NCBI RefSeq assembly: GCF_009914755.1 | Contig: NC_060925.1 | Reading direction: 5' to 3' (one strand) | DNA: 64,000 nt | DNA from: the human T2T-CHM13v2.0 reference genome, Homo sapiens | Part shown: positions 43,986 through 57,326 of the stretch, piece by piece | Position numbering within the stretch: the stretch's first letter is position 1 | Layout of the letters: each line of letters opens with the position of its first letter | Translations under genes and position numbers: made by a program | The notes under the pieces: generated by a model | What the model saw: the letters and a program-made list of their open reading frames with translations, nothing else | Database searches by the model: none | What the model was told of the DNA's origin: nothing

Positions 43986-45071
43986 CAGATGTGGGAGTAA
44001 CAGCTGCTTTTATTAACATCAGAAGGGCAACAGTACAGGAAGTTGGGTAGATGTGGGGACAACAGAGAGACTGTGGCAGAGGCAGGACTGCAGATCTATG
44101 GAAATTGCCTGGAAGAGTCAGCTGTAAGGGATGAGAATCCTGAGGGTAAAAGAGAAAAGGGAAAGACTCCTCTTTGATCTTATGAAGCTGAAATAACAAG
44201 ATCTTAAACATGAGTGAGAATCTGTTGCCCCAACCTAAGGTGACTTTAAATCCAAGGTAAAAAACACGGCATGGGTATTAGTTTGAATAGGGAAAATGAG
44301 AACTCTCTTTGAGCTCAAAAAAAAAAAAAAAAAAAAAAAATGAAAGCGTTAAAACCCTGATTAAGTCTGCACAATGATCCAGAGTGTAAGGATGGGAGAA
44401 AGAATAAATACCCTAGTGACCCACATATTAAACAGACCACAGACAAGAGAACAAGACTTGAAGCTAATGGAAGGTCATCTTGCCCATGCCGCCATGGGGG
44501 GCAACAGTGCCACAATGCCACATGGGCACTAACACACACTGCATCCCCCCAGTCCCTGCCCAGGTTGGAGGGTGTGCAGATCACAGCAGCAGAGCTGCCT
44601 AGACTCAGGAAGGGCAGGAACACCCACTGCTGATGCAGTGGGAGGTAGGGATGGGGAGCCTGGCCCTGGCTTTGTGGGAGTGCAGAGAGAAGGAAGGCAG
44701 AGGGGAAATCAAGCCGCTGGGGCAGTGCTTGTAATATTGGGGTGACTGTGGGAGGGCAGTAGCAGACACAAGAGTAATGGCTTTCCCAGGTCAAGGTCCA
44801 TGTCCTACCATCTGGCAGGAAAGCCAGGGGTTTGTCATGCATGATAAAAGCCACACAGCTGGACTCTGGGCAAGGCCCACTTTAGCCAATTAGAAGATAC
44901 ACTGTCTGTGGCCAGGCAGGCAAGCTCCTCCCAGCTGGGGAAGGGGTGAGAATCCCTGGGCCTTGCCCAGTCCTGAGCTCTGGGTGTCTGCAGGGAAGCA
45001 CAGTGGTGAGTTAGTGTTAAAGAAAGCATCCAGAGAGGTAAGAGGGGCTTGGGTAGCACCCTTTGCCTCTG
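43986..45071 (-). other. IQGAP3: IQGAP3 3'UTR (~1.09 kb)
   Basis: Lies between the TGA (45074-45072) and AATAAA (44014-44009); cleavage site estimated. Confidence 0.85.
44009..44014 (-). terminator. IQGAP3: IQGAP3 polyadenylation signal AATAAA
   Basis: tttatt on the + strand, followed on the minus strand by a GU/U-rich element (TGTTGTT...TTATTTCATTTTCT). Confidence 0.85.
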
Positions 45072-45185
45072 TCACTTCCGCAAAAACTTCTTGTTGAGGA
45101 GGAAGATGAGAAGGTTGACATTGACTTTGGCCTTGTTGAAGAGTTTCATGACAGCCACACCCTCATACTGGAGCTGCAGGAGATC
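45072..45185 (-). CDS. IQGAP3: IQGAP3 last exon (38), coding part
   Basis: DLLQLQYEGVAVMKLFNKAKVNVNLLIFLLNKKFLRK*, the IQGAP C-terminus; acceptor cctag. Confidence 0.97.
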   Translation of the reverse strand, partial: DLLQLQYEGVAVMKLFNKAKVNVNLLIFLLNKKFLRK

Positions 45186-45404
45186 CTAGGAGGGAAGAGG
45201 CAGGGAGGGGAGTTTAAGGGCTTCTGAATGTGGTCCAGTCAGATGGTGTACAAAACACTCACATCATGGGGCCTTCTGCAGTCACCAGTGGCACTGGCCA
45301 CTGAAGTAGGGCATTGAAATCCCACTTCACAAATGAGGAAACTGAGGCAAGAGAGGTACAGTGACTTGATCAAATGTCAACTCAAGCAGAACCAGGGCTT
45401 GAAA

Positions 45405-46152
<748 letters not shown>

Positions 46153-46537
46153 CTATGACTTAGCCAGCTTCTTAACCTTTTAGCCTAGAGCCTGTAAAAT
46201 AGGGATAATACTTCAGAGCTGTGGAGAGGATTAAAGGAGGTAACATGTAAAGTCCCTGACATGTGATAGGGCTTCAAATATTAATCCTGCTTCTGACACC
46301 AGTAGCCCACTCCACTCTCCCTGATGCTTGCCAGTGGGGTCTGTGTCAGGGCATGGGGAAAGGGGGGCTTGGGCTGCACAGACCCCCACCCTTCTCTTCA
46401 GGAACAGACGATACTGATTGGGTGAAAAACTGAGCTGGTGTCATCTGAGGACTAGGAAAGTGAGGCCAGCTGCTCTCTTCAGGCCAGCACCTAAAGCCCA
46501 GCAGATGTCCTGCAGGCTCATGGGACTGTCCCCTCAC

Positions 46538-46646
46538 CTGATAGTGAAGCTGAAATCGCTCCATGTCCACACCCAGGAACTTGGCATTTACTTCAAACTT
46601 TCCTGCCTCATCTCCCGGCGTGATGTCAAAGATGACGTTTCTGAAG
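46538..46646 (-). CDS. IQGAP3: IQGAP3 exon 37 (109 nt)
   Basis: FRNVIFDITPGDEAGKFEVNAKFLGVDMERFQLHYQ; AG/GT, phase 2/0. Confidence 0.97.
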
Positions 46647-47094
46647 CTGTCAGGAACAGGATTCAAAACAGGAACCCACTGCCTCTTTCCAGGGCTACAG
46701 CCACATTCTTGCACCCACTGCTCCTCATCCTGGGCAGCGGTGTCATCCAGAACCAGTTTTCCCTCTGTCACTCCCAGAGGGCCCAGCTCGCTGTCTTCTC
46801 CATTTTACTTCTGCTCCCCACACCATCTCTTTATCTGCCCCGCCCTACGCAGCTGTTCTCACCTCTGGAAAGCTTTCCCAGTACCCTCTGCCTCAGGGCA
46901 TCTAGAACTGTGCTAGACCATGTCCACAGCCCTTCACTTTCTGTCTGGGCATGCTCTGTCTCCACCATCATTCTAGCAGCTCCTTCAAGATCGGGACCAT
47001 GCTTCTTCTCTTCCACCCGGTGCCCAGCCCAGAGCTCCACCCCCAGGTTAGAGGACAGGAAGGGGCTGACATCCTGCCCTCCAAAGACACATAC

Positions 47095-47196
47095 TGAGAG
47101 GCGGGAAGATCTTCAATTTCCACCAAGACACCCTTTTCCAGGAGCTGAGCAGCAGTGTAATGAAGAGAAGGCTGCTTCTTCCCCTTCCCAGAACTC
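47095..47196 (-). CDS. IQGAP3: IQGAP3 exon 36 (102 nt)
   Basis: SSGKGKKQPSLHYTAAQLLEKGVLVEIEDLPAS; phase 2/2; not in the ORF track. Confidence 0.95.
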
Positions 47197-47501
47197 CTGA
47201 TTAAAAGAAGGCCCCAGAGAATTCATCCAATAAACACTTTACCACCAAAGAAACTTGTTTTCTGTGGCTGGAAAGGAAATGAGACCCCGAGGAAGACTTC
47301 TCACTGATGGAAGACAGAGGAGGGGGGCTGCACTTGAGCCCAAGACTTTGTAAATGAGGCTCAAAGACCAGACTTAGGAAGGGACTGTGCTGTGCTGGGT
47401 GAGATTCCCCTTTCAAAGCTGGGAGATAGCAGGGCAAAGGTGACATGGGCAGGGGTGAGAAGTCACTCGTAACCTTCCAAGTACGGGAAAGCAGCACCTA
47501 C

Positions 47502-47668
47502 TTGGAGTCGGGGGCCAGGTGGTCCAGGCAGGCCCGGATGTACTGGCTGTAGTAGTCACCCTGCTCCTCATAGAAGGTGGTCTTAGTGCTCAGGCCCTGT
47601 AATGTGGCCTGCAGCTTCACCAGCTCTGCCTTCCGCCTGTGCCTGTGTCTGTGCTGGTTGCGGATGTC
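47502..47668 (-). CDS. IQGAP3: IQGAP3 exon 35 (167 nt), RasGAP_C region
   Basis: DIRNQHRHRHRRKAELVKLQATLQGLSTKTTFYEEQGDYYSQYIRACLDHLAPDS; phase 0/2. Confidence 0.97.
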
Positions 47669-47914
47669 CTGGGGTTGGGGAACAGATGGAGGGATGAGTG
47701 GTCCTTCCTGGCAGGAGAGCCTTAGGGCCTGACACAGGCCCAAGAGCTACACACTGTGAGGCTCTTCGGAAGAACAGGCTTCAAGGCTGTTTTCCTAGAA
47801 GGAAAATCTCAAGGATGGTATTCCAAATCCTCAAGGCATGTCCTCAGGGCCTCTGCCCGTTGAGGACTAACTGGTTTCAAGGCTGTTTGTTTTTTAGTAA
47901 AAGAAAGTTGCAAG

Positions 47915-48030
47915 GATACTTTTGTAGGTCATAAGCTGAGGATTGGGTTTTCATGCTCTTGTGTGAGATATGCTTCTCTCAAACCTTCTGACCTGGGCAC
48001 ATTACCCAGCTAATGTGGGGAAGAAAAAAA
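47915..48030 (+). pseudogene. U13 snoRNA (SNORD13-like) retropseudogene with A-tail
   Basis: atacttttgtaggtcataagctgaggattgggttttcatgctcttgtgtgagat...gggcacattaccc resembles U13 as recalled (ATCCTTTTGTAGTTCATGAGCGTGATGATTGGGTGTTCAT...GGGCACATTACCC). 16-bp TSD aaaaga(a/g)agttgcaag at 47899-47914 and 48031-48046. Confidence 0.88.
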
Positions 48031-48086
48031 AAAAGAGAGTTGCAAGAACACCTTCCTCTCTAACTAATTTCAAGATCTTTCCTTCA

Positions 48087-48538
<452 letters not shown>

Positions 48539-48690
48539 TCAAAAAGGACCCTCAGCCTTCCTCTGGCTGGTGACAATTTTGGGTGAGGACTCATCAGGAG
48601 GGGCCCACCAACACTATGGATTAACATGTATATGCACGCACACACACACACGTACACACAGGCACACGGAGCCCAGGCCCAGGTTGTTAC

Positions 48691-48903
48691 CTTGGCCAGC
48701 TCGTCCACTAGCCCCTGGTAGCCATTTCTGGCGCTGACCAACCCCAGGGCTTCAAGTCGGCGTAGGTTCCGCAGGACGCGCCGCTGCTTCTCTGCCAGTG
48801 GCAGGAGGGAGTGAGCTGTCAGTGAGCGGTGTCGTCGCAGTGGCTCCGGTGTCTGGGCTGTACAGGCCTGGCGTCGGCTCATCAGCTGCTTGTGGGCTGC
48901 TTC
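48691..48903 (-). CDS. IQGAP3: IQGAP3 exon 34 (213 nt)
   Basis: EAAHKQLMSRR...NGYQGLVDELAK; phase 0/0. Confidence 0.96.
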
Positions 48904-49745
48904 CTGGGGACACACAGACGCTGGAGGGGTCTACCAGGTCCTACCATTCTGCTCCCACACCAGTGAAGGTCCCATGGGCACCAGCAACAAAGGGAGGCCT
49001 GAGCATTTTTCTGCATATCATTAAGAAAGTGCCCCAGAGCCCAGCCTCTGCAGGATATGGCTGGGGCAGGGCATCGCTTATGAAGAATATCAAGGTATAA
49101 CACCATAATGCATGGTGTCACACATGGGAGGGCCTCATAGATCACCACAGGGGAAGAGTGGCCCAAAGGAGAACCAAACCCAGGCCATGGCATAAAGGAT
49201 TCCGGACAGACACTAGCTGTGACTTCCCAACAATGGATCTTTCTGACGGCACAGGATGTTTGGGGGCATTTACCTGTCTGTTCTGTTTTGGGACATACCT
49301 CTACTGGCCATCCCCACCTTTTCTTTGGGAAGACCCTGGTTCAGTCTTCACTCCAGCGGGCCCAACCTGCCCCTGGCCCCCCACCTGCCTACTACCTTCT
49401 CCTGCCTCCAGGCATTCTAGCAGACCACTCTTCTGAGTGCAGGCCTTCCAGGGGAGCATTCCCAGACGGTCTCTCAGTGCCCCCCATAGCCCTAGTGTTG
49501 GTGCTTGTTTCAGTGTGTGAAGTGGGGAGAGGGGTGGGGCCCCATGACTCTGTAGCCCGAGGCTTCCCAAGGCTAAAGCTGTATCCCTCATCCTGTAGGC
49601 CTCCAGAGTTCTCATTACTGGTGAGCACAGGTGTCTGCTTCTGGCTGATGTGGGTGAGGTTCAGAGGAGGGAAACAGCAGCGGTGCAGGTGGGATGAGGT
49701 GGGGGATGAATGAGACAGAACCTGTGGGCCAGCCCGGCTACTCAC

Positions 49746-49833
49746 TTGCTCTCTGGAAGCCGAGAGGGACAGGATCTCCTTGAGGGTGTCCCCAGGATGG
49801 AACTGTATGATATCGGCCAACAGCTGCTTGGTG
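49746..49833 (-). CDS. IQGAP3: IQGAP3 exon 33 (88 nt)
   Basis: TKQLLADIIQFHPGDTLKEILSLSASREQ; phase 2/0. Confidence 0.96.
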
Positions 49834-50189
49834 CTGCACAAGGAGGACAGTGACAGAGGAGAGGTAAGGGGCAGGGGAAGGGCCTGGACATGGGACTGGC
49901 CAGAGGTCTGAGAGTAAGTGGACCGTGCTCTATAGCATGGCTGCTAGGATATAAGGAGAGAGAGCGAGGGATAGGGGATGTCGTTGCCTGGAATACCTTC
50001 CCAACAAACTATCTGCCTTTGAGTCCTTCAGCTGAGCACACATGTCCTTCCCACCCAGCCATCCCTTCTCCTTAGCTCTCAATGCATCTGACACCCACCA
50101 CCCTCTTGGTGGTGCTCTGTGTTCAGCCCTAGCCCGATCCTGCTCTCAGCCCTTTGATGGCAGGACAAAGATGATACTCAGCTCACTTG

Positions 50190-50993
<804 letters not shown>

Positions 50994-51565
50994 GTGGAAT
51001 TAGAACATGAGCTCTACAACCCACTGGCTGTGGAACTTTGGATAAATCACATAACTACTGAGTCTTTCCTCAACTATGAAGAGGGGAAGCCACCATCTAC
51101 CTCATAGCTTGTTTCTAAGAATAAACGATAACTTATTAAAAAAGCATTTGGGCCAGGCGCAGTGGGTCAATCCTGTAATCCTAGCACTTTGGGAGGCTGA
51201 GCCAGGTGGATGGCTTTGAGGCCAGGAGTTTGAGGCCAGCTTGGGCAACATGGCGAGACTCTGTCTCTACTTGAAAAAAAAGAAAAAAGCATTTGGTAAA
51301 CAGCACGATATGCAAACACCTGCTGTTGCCAATATCTTCACCATTCCTTTACTTTCAGTACAACACAGAGCAAAAAGCTGAGGATACCAGATGGAAAAGA
51401 GCCAAGGCTGCAGCGAGGGGAATAAAGGTAGGCTTCAGGGAGAACTTCCTGAAGGATAAGGGAGCCCAGGAAGAAGGTGGAATGGGCGCCTCAGAATAAG
51501 GCCATTTTACTGGCCTCAGGGCTGGGGAGCTCAGGTATGCAGGGGCAGAGGCTGGCATCACCCAC

Positions 51566-51692
51566 CTCAGAAGCAGGCTACGGGTGTTGGAGTCATCAGC
51601 ATCTGCCTCTAGTCCTTCAAACTTGTTGGTCAGCGTCAGGGACACTTCTAGCTTGCTCAGGTCCGTGTGCCCATCTGCAGCGATGCTCTCAC
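51566..51692 (-). CDS. IQGAP3: IQGAP3 exon 32 (127 nt)
   Basis: ESIAADGHTDLSKLEVSLTLTNKFEGLEADADDSNTRSLLL; phase 1/2. Confidence 0.96.
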
Positions 51693-52358
51693 CTGAGGTG
51701 TGGTGAGGAATGAGAGGGAGACAGGCATACACACACACATGCGCACACACACATACACACACACACATGCACCGATGGGGTCACATTAAATCAGCTGCTC
51801 CACATGCCCCTCTTCCAGGAAGTTTTCCCACACTGGCCTGCAGAACTACCCTGTGTCCCCAACCCTTAGCACCGATGGAAGGGCTGTTACCCACAGAGCA
51901 TACCCTTGTGTTACTGGGGCTGTGCCACCCCCACACCCTCAGCCCTGGGTGCCCTGAGGGTAGAGGAGCTGTGCCTCCCTGAGCCTGCAGCTCCTGGTTC
52001 TCTCCAATCACCATCTTCATTCTGTCCTTCCTCCCAGTAAGTTGGCTTCCTCCTATTCCATGGCCCGGAAACCCCTCCTTCTCAGAGAAACCTAATGAGG
52101 CCCTGATCCCTGTGCCTCTTTCAGATCATTTCATTGACCGTTTTCCATGATGATCGTGGGTCCCTCTACTGTCTGTCTACCTTCTCCACATCAATCTGTG
52201 TCCCTGTGCCCATGTCAGGACCAGAGGGAGAGTATGGAACTAGCCGCCTGGCACAAGACCTAGGCTGCATGGGCACGCTCACATGCCCTGCCTGCCTGCC
52301 TGTCCCTCCCTCCATGCAGGTCCCCTAGCTGGCCCCAGCTGCTAAGGAGGGCACGTAC

Positions 52359-52461
52359 CAATAAGGTCAGGGATGGTGGGCAGCTCCCCAAGATCCTCCA
52401 GGAGCTCATGCAGGGGGTCTTGGTGATCAGGGGCAATGCAGTCCTGGTGCTCCAGCAACAG
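52359..52461 (-). CDS. IQGAP3: IQGAP3 exon 31 (103 nt)
   Basis: LLLEHQDCIAPDHQDPLHELLEDLGELPTIPDLI; phase 0/1. Confidence 0.96.
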
Positions 52462-52594
52462 CTGCAGGACGGAGAAAGAAAAGGAGATGCAGGGTCTGAG
52501 CCAGGTCTTCCCTCTGGGGCCAGCCCACTACCCCATCACAGGCTACCAAACCCTTGCCCACCCAGCCAACACCCTCCAGATCTCAGCCCCTCAC

Positions 52595-52727
52595 CCTGTG
52601 CGTGTTGACCAGCTCCCCCACGGTGATGTACACCATGGGTTTGGCCACAGCCACCATGTCTGAGTACTCGTCCACTGCAAAACGCTCCTCTGGCTCTGGC
52701 ACCTGGCAGGCTCTATGGATGAACTTC
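52595..52727 (-). CDS. IQGAP3: IQGAP3 exon 30 (133 nt)
   Basis: KFIHRACQVPEPEERFAVDEYSDMVAVAKPMVYITVGELVNTHR; phase 2/0. Confidence 0.97.
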
Positions 52728-53086
52728 CTGTCCAGAGGGCGGGCATGTGAGAGAGCGGGGAGGGCCAGCACCCCACACATCTTCTGTCCCCATCATTTCC
52801 CCAGCCTTCTCCAGTGATTGCTCAGGCCAATTTGGACTCTCCAGTCTCAGCTTCTGCCCTCTGTCCTGCCCTACCTCTGTCCCAGTGACCCCTCAAGACA
52901 ATCTCTCTTAATAGTCTCCTTTTCTCTCCACTGGGGAGTCCTTCCAACAACCTATCCTCCACCCCGCTCATTATGCTCATCCCTTCTATTTATGCCTCTT
53001 GTCCTCATGGATTCTGGAGGGGACAAGTGGGATGTCAAAGGTGAGAAGAGGGAAGAAAGGGGACAGAGAGGAAAGGGACCCAAGAC

Positions 53087-53319
53087 CTGAACTTGAGGTG
53101 TGTTTCCTCCAGATAGTCATTCAGGACCCGTAGGTGCTGGCTCTGCCCAGAGAAGGCCTTGCCAGCCGCAGCGTGCTGTAGGAGCTGAGCCACAGCCCCC
53201 AGGGCATGGCGCTGGGGGGCAGCCAGGGCTCCACCAGCTGCCATGGCCACAATGTCGAAGGCGTCAGGAGCCACCACAGCTGGGTTCAGGAAGCGGTAGT
53301 ACAGGAGGTTCCCGACCAC
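53087..53319 (-). CDS. IQGAP3: IQGAP3 exon 29 (233 nt), GAP-related domain core
   Basis: VVGNLLYYRFLNPAVVAPDAFDIV...NDYLEETHLKF, with the IQGAP-type YYR motif; phase 0/2. Confidence 0.97.
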
Positions 53320-53748
53320 CTGAGGGCAAAGGAGACTCTCCCAGAAGTGTCCAGGGGCCGCCTTGACTGGTGCGGCCCCACATTCTCAGCTTGCTTGGCT
53401 GGAAGGGACACCTGGGCCAACCCCCTCACTTCAAAGAAAACAGGCCCAGAGCAGGCAGACAACTTGCTTAAGGCCACACAGCAAACCTGAGCAAGAGCTG
53501 GGACTTGAACCCAGATCTCCTGACAAGAAGCCAGTGTTGCCCACTCTGTTCGCTCACACCCCAGCATGAGCCATCTGCCACCTGAAGCCCTGCGGGTGAG
53601 CCAGGCTCCATTTATAGGGGGCAGCATATTTCCCTCCTTGGATTTTTATGGCATAGGATTTTTTGTGTTTTTGTCTCAGTCTGGGGATTGCAGGTACCAG
53701 CAAAGCAAAGGAGGGATTGGGAGGTGGGGGTGGGGAGACAACACTTGC

Positions 53749-53833
53749 CTTATAGACCTCGCTGTCTGTGGCGTCAGGGAATTTCTCTGCCAGAGTTGCC
53801 TTCAGGACTTTGGCCACATATCGCATCCCATAC
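53749..53833 (-). CDS. IQGAP3: IQGAP3 exon 28 (85 nt), GC donor
   Basis: YGMRYVAKVLKATLAEKFPDATDSEVYK; donor AAG|gcaagt gives phase 0, matching exon 29. Confidence 0.93.
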
Positions 53834-54885
53834 CTGGGGACAAAGAAACAGGTGCGCGTGGCTGTGCCTCTGCCCATCTCTCTCTGCCAGAGATAAGAGC
53901 TTGAGTGCCTGGCTGTCTCTTCTCCCCCAGGCTCAGCCACTCCAGAGTAGAGCTCAAGCACTGTCCCTCCACTAGCCATAGCCAGCTCCCTGCTGCCTTC
54001 CTCCAAACGTCTCTGGGCCTTGTCCCTTCCTCCTGCCTTATGTCAGTAGTCAGGACCAGGGCCCTATCATCTACTAAATCTCTCACACAGCCTCCAACCT
54101 GGCTCGAGAACCTCTTCTTTGAGACTCTCTGGGTCCCCTGCAGAGCACCCCAGCTCACCATAGCCATCCCCCATCCCCCAGAGGCACCATTAACCTAAAG
54201 CTTGGGTATCTGACACTCACAGCCAAAACCCTGTCCTAGGACAGCCTAGGTGGCTCCGAGGTAGTCAACCTTGTCAGCTGTCACAGAGCATCTGTGAGTG
54301 GCCTAGTCTGGGCTAGAGGTAGGGCCCCAAGGAGATCAGTGAGCCGGGAGGAGAAGCTCCAGTTTGGACTCCACCACCAACCAGAGATATTATCTTAGAC
54401 TATTTCCTTCTCCTTTGTAAGTCTGTCCCCTGGTCTAGAAAATGGGAATGATCATTCTTGCCTTCTCTTCTCACAGGGCTTTTTGAGGATCAAGTGAAAT
54501 TATGTCTGCGAGAGTAACGTATAATGGTAGAGTACTATTCAAATGTGCTAGACTGTATTATCATTATTATTCCTATTATGGATGTGCCACCTACAAATGT
54601 AATTAAATTCATTTAAAAGCAATTTCCACTCCTAGGGTACCAGAGACAGAAGTTTACAGCTCATTGTGTACTTTACTTTCTTAAGCCTAGAACAATCTTT
54701 TCTTACTCCTAATTGTAAACTCTTAATCCGGTTCTCCAGGTTTGGGGAGCAGGGTTATAAACTCTGTGGGTTCCCCCTTTCAACATCCTCATCTTGCCCT
54801 GGGCACTCCAGCCTGGGCAATGGAGTGAGACCCTGTCTTAAAAATAATAATAATAAAAAATAAAGAAAAACAAACAAAAAAAGAA

Positions 54886-55370
54886 TGAAAGCCTGTCATT
54901 TTCGACAACATAGATGAACGTAGAGGTTCGTGTTAAGTGACATAAGCCAAACACAGAAGGACAAATACTGCATAATCTCACTCATATGTGGAATCTTAAA
55001 AAGGTGATTTCACAGGAGTAGAGAGTAGAATGGTGGTTACCGGAGTCTGGGGAGGGTAGGAGAAGGGGAGAGAGGATGGGGAGAGGTTGGTCAATGGGTA
55101 CAAAGTTACATCCAGGTAGAAAGAATAAGTTCTGGTGCTCTATTGCACAGAAGGTGACTATAGTTGATAATAATGTGTTGTATATCTCAAAATAGCTAGA
55201 AGGATTTTGAATGTTCTCACCAAAAAGAAATAAATGTTTGAGGTAATAGATATGCTAATTACCCTGATTTGATCATTCATTGCACAATGTATACACGTAT
55301 CAAAACATCACACTATACCCTATGAATATGTACAATTATCATGTGTCAAAAATAAATGTAGAAAACCAAA
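54886..55370 (+). mobile_element. L1 3' end (L1MA/MB-type), preceded by an Alu fragment
   Basis: cagaaggacaaatactgcataatctcactcatatgtggaatct...agagagtagaatggtggttacc...tatgctaattaccctgatttgatcatt. Confidence 0.85.
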
Positions 55371-55762
55371 CGTATTGACTAAATTTTAAGAAAAGAGAGA
55401 ACTATAAAGTACTTTATGGGCTTAAAATATTTATTTTTGATATTGGGAACTGAAGAGTCCCATTTTCTCCTCATTTGCTCTTAGCTAATAAAGTGTCCCT
55501 GAGATCATTTTAGGGTCCCTCCTCTGGTTCCACTGACATCCTACCAGGCCACACACAGACTTGCACGCCGTCTCTCAGCTCAGCTCTCTAGCAGGAGCTT
55601 CGAGCATTCCCCACATCTCTTCAGGAACCCCTCTGAGTACCCCTGGCTCCATCTCCCTCCCTGCCTTCCTCCCTGCAGGACTATCACCCTGCTCTGCTCC
55701 CCATGGTGGCCTGGCCCTCTTGAAATCCCATGCGTAGGCTGGGGTGGGGCTGTTGCACATAC

Positions 55763-55903
55763 GGAATTTGGTCCACAGATGAGGTGATGGCTAAAAGGAA
55801 CTTATCAGTCATGGCGAGGAGGTTGCGTAGGGCGATGTCCAGTCGTCTCTGGACCTCGGGGTGGCTCAAGGCCTGCTCCGGGGTGACATCATATGGGAGA
55901 TGG
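55763..55903 (-). CDS. IQGAP3: IQGAP3 exon 27 (141 nt)
   Basis: HLPYDVTPEQALSHPEVQRRLDIALRNLLAMTDKFLLAITSSVDQI; phase 2/2. Confidence 0.97.
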
Positions 55904-56474
55904 CTATGAGCAGAGAGAGACAAGGTGTAAGCAGGAGCCCCCTCCAATGGCCTCCTTCCCCAAGGCCCTATTCCTTAAACGCTTGTCTAACAACAAGATC
56001 TCATACAGATGTGCTAAGGACAGCTCAGCATGCTAAAGGAGAAAGGGCCAGAATGAGAGAAAGGACTGGAGAAATGCAGTCGGGAGGTAAAGAAGAGTTG
56101 GAGTATCTACAGGGAAGCTGGAAGAATGTAGGAAGGAACAGAGAACGTGGAATCTAGGGACCCTTCTAAGGGGAACAGATGACAAGCAGGCGGCTGCGCT
56201 GCAAATAGTCTTTGGGAGTTTGGAATAATGGAGAGGCTGGGCCAGAGCCTTATAGTTCCCTCACCTAAAGCCTCCTGTGCCATCCAGAGCAGCCACCAGG
56301 ATTGCCTGCTCGCCTCTGTGGCTAGGTTTCCCTAGCACCTAGGGACCTGAGTAATGACCCCAGGCTATAAGGGCAACCTATCTCTCCCACTATCTCATTT
56401 GCCTATTCATCTGTAAATAGAAATATTCTTCTATACCCCTATCAATAGGAGTCCATATCCTAACTCCCAGCAAA

Positions 56475-57071
56475 TTTTTTTTTTTTTTTTTGCGGGGGGA
56501 CAGAGTCTCACTCTGTTGCCTAGAGCTGGAGTGCAGTGGTGCAATCTCGGCTCACCGCAACCTCCCAGGTTCAAGTGATTCTCTTGCCTCAGCCTCCCGA
56601 GTAGCTGGGACTGCAGGAGTGCGCCACAACACCCGGCGAATTTTTGTATTTTTTATTTTTGAGACAGAGTCTCGCTCTGTCGCCCAGCCTGGAGTGCAGT
56701 GGCACGATCTCGGCTCACTGCAAGCTCTGCCTCCCAGATTCATGACATTCTCCTGCTTCAGCCTCCCGAGTAGCTAGGACTACAGGTGCCTGCCACCACG
56801 CCCGGCTAATTTTTTGTATTTTTAGTAGAGATGGGGTTTCACCATGTTAGCCAGGATAGTCTCGATCTCCTGACCTCGTGATCCGCCTGCCTCGGTCTCC
56901 CAAAGTGCTGGGATTACAGGCGTGAGCCACCACGCCTGACCTACATTTTTAGTAGAGATAGAGTTTCACCATGTTGGCCAGGCTGGTCTCAAACTCCTGA
57001 CCTCAGGTGATCTGCCCACCTTGAGCCCCCCAAAGTGCTGGGATTACAGGCGTGAGCCACTATGTCCGGCC
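56475..57071 (-). mobile_element. AluY-like element nested inside an older Alu
   Basis: Outer right arm 56475-56650, inner Alu ~56652-56940, outer left arm 56945-57071. Confidence 0.9.
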
Positions 57072-57326
57072 CTACTACCACCAAATTTGACACATCATTT
57101 GCAAGCACTGACATAGCAATTAAGCACATTTGCATATTCATCTGTACTCATTTTATGTTAAGCCCACCAGGTCTGAAGTCATTTACATCAGTTTCATGTT
57201 AATTATCAGAGGGGGTCTAAAAGACTACCTTATTCATGCCTACAAAGCTGGTGTCATATTTGCATAGATCAGCATGCCCATTTATATGCCACCTTCAAAG
57301 TACACCCAAGCTTCCCCAGTAGGGTC

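Noticed and set aside
46418-47200. 260-aa plus-strand ORF antisense to IQGAP3 exons 36-37
   Set aside because: Non-ATG start, Ser/Pro/Leu-rich, and consistent with a shadow ORF of GC-rich exon and intron sequence.
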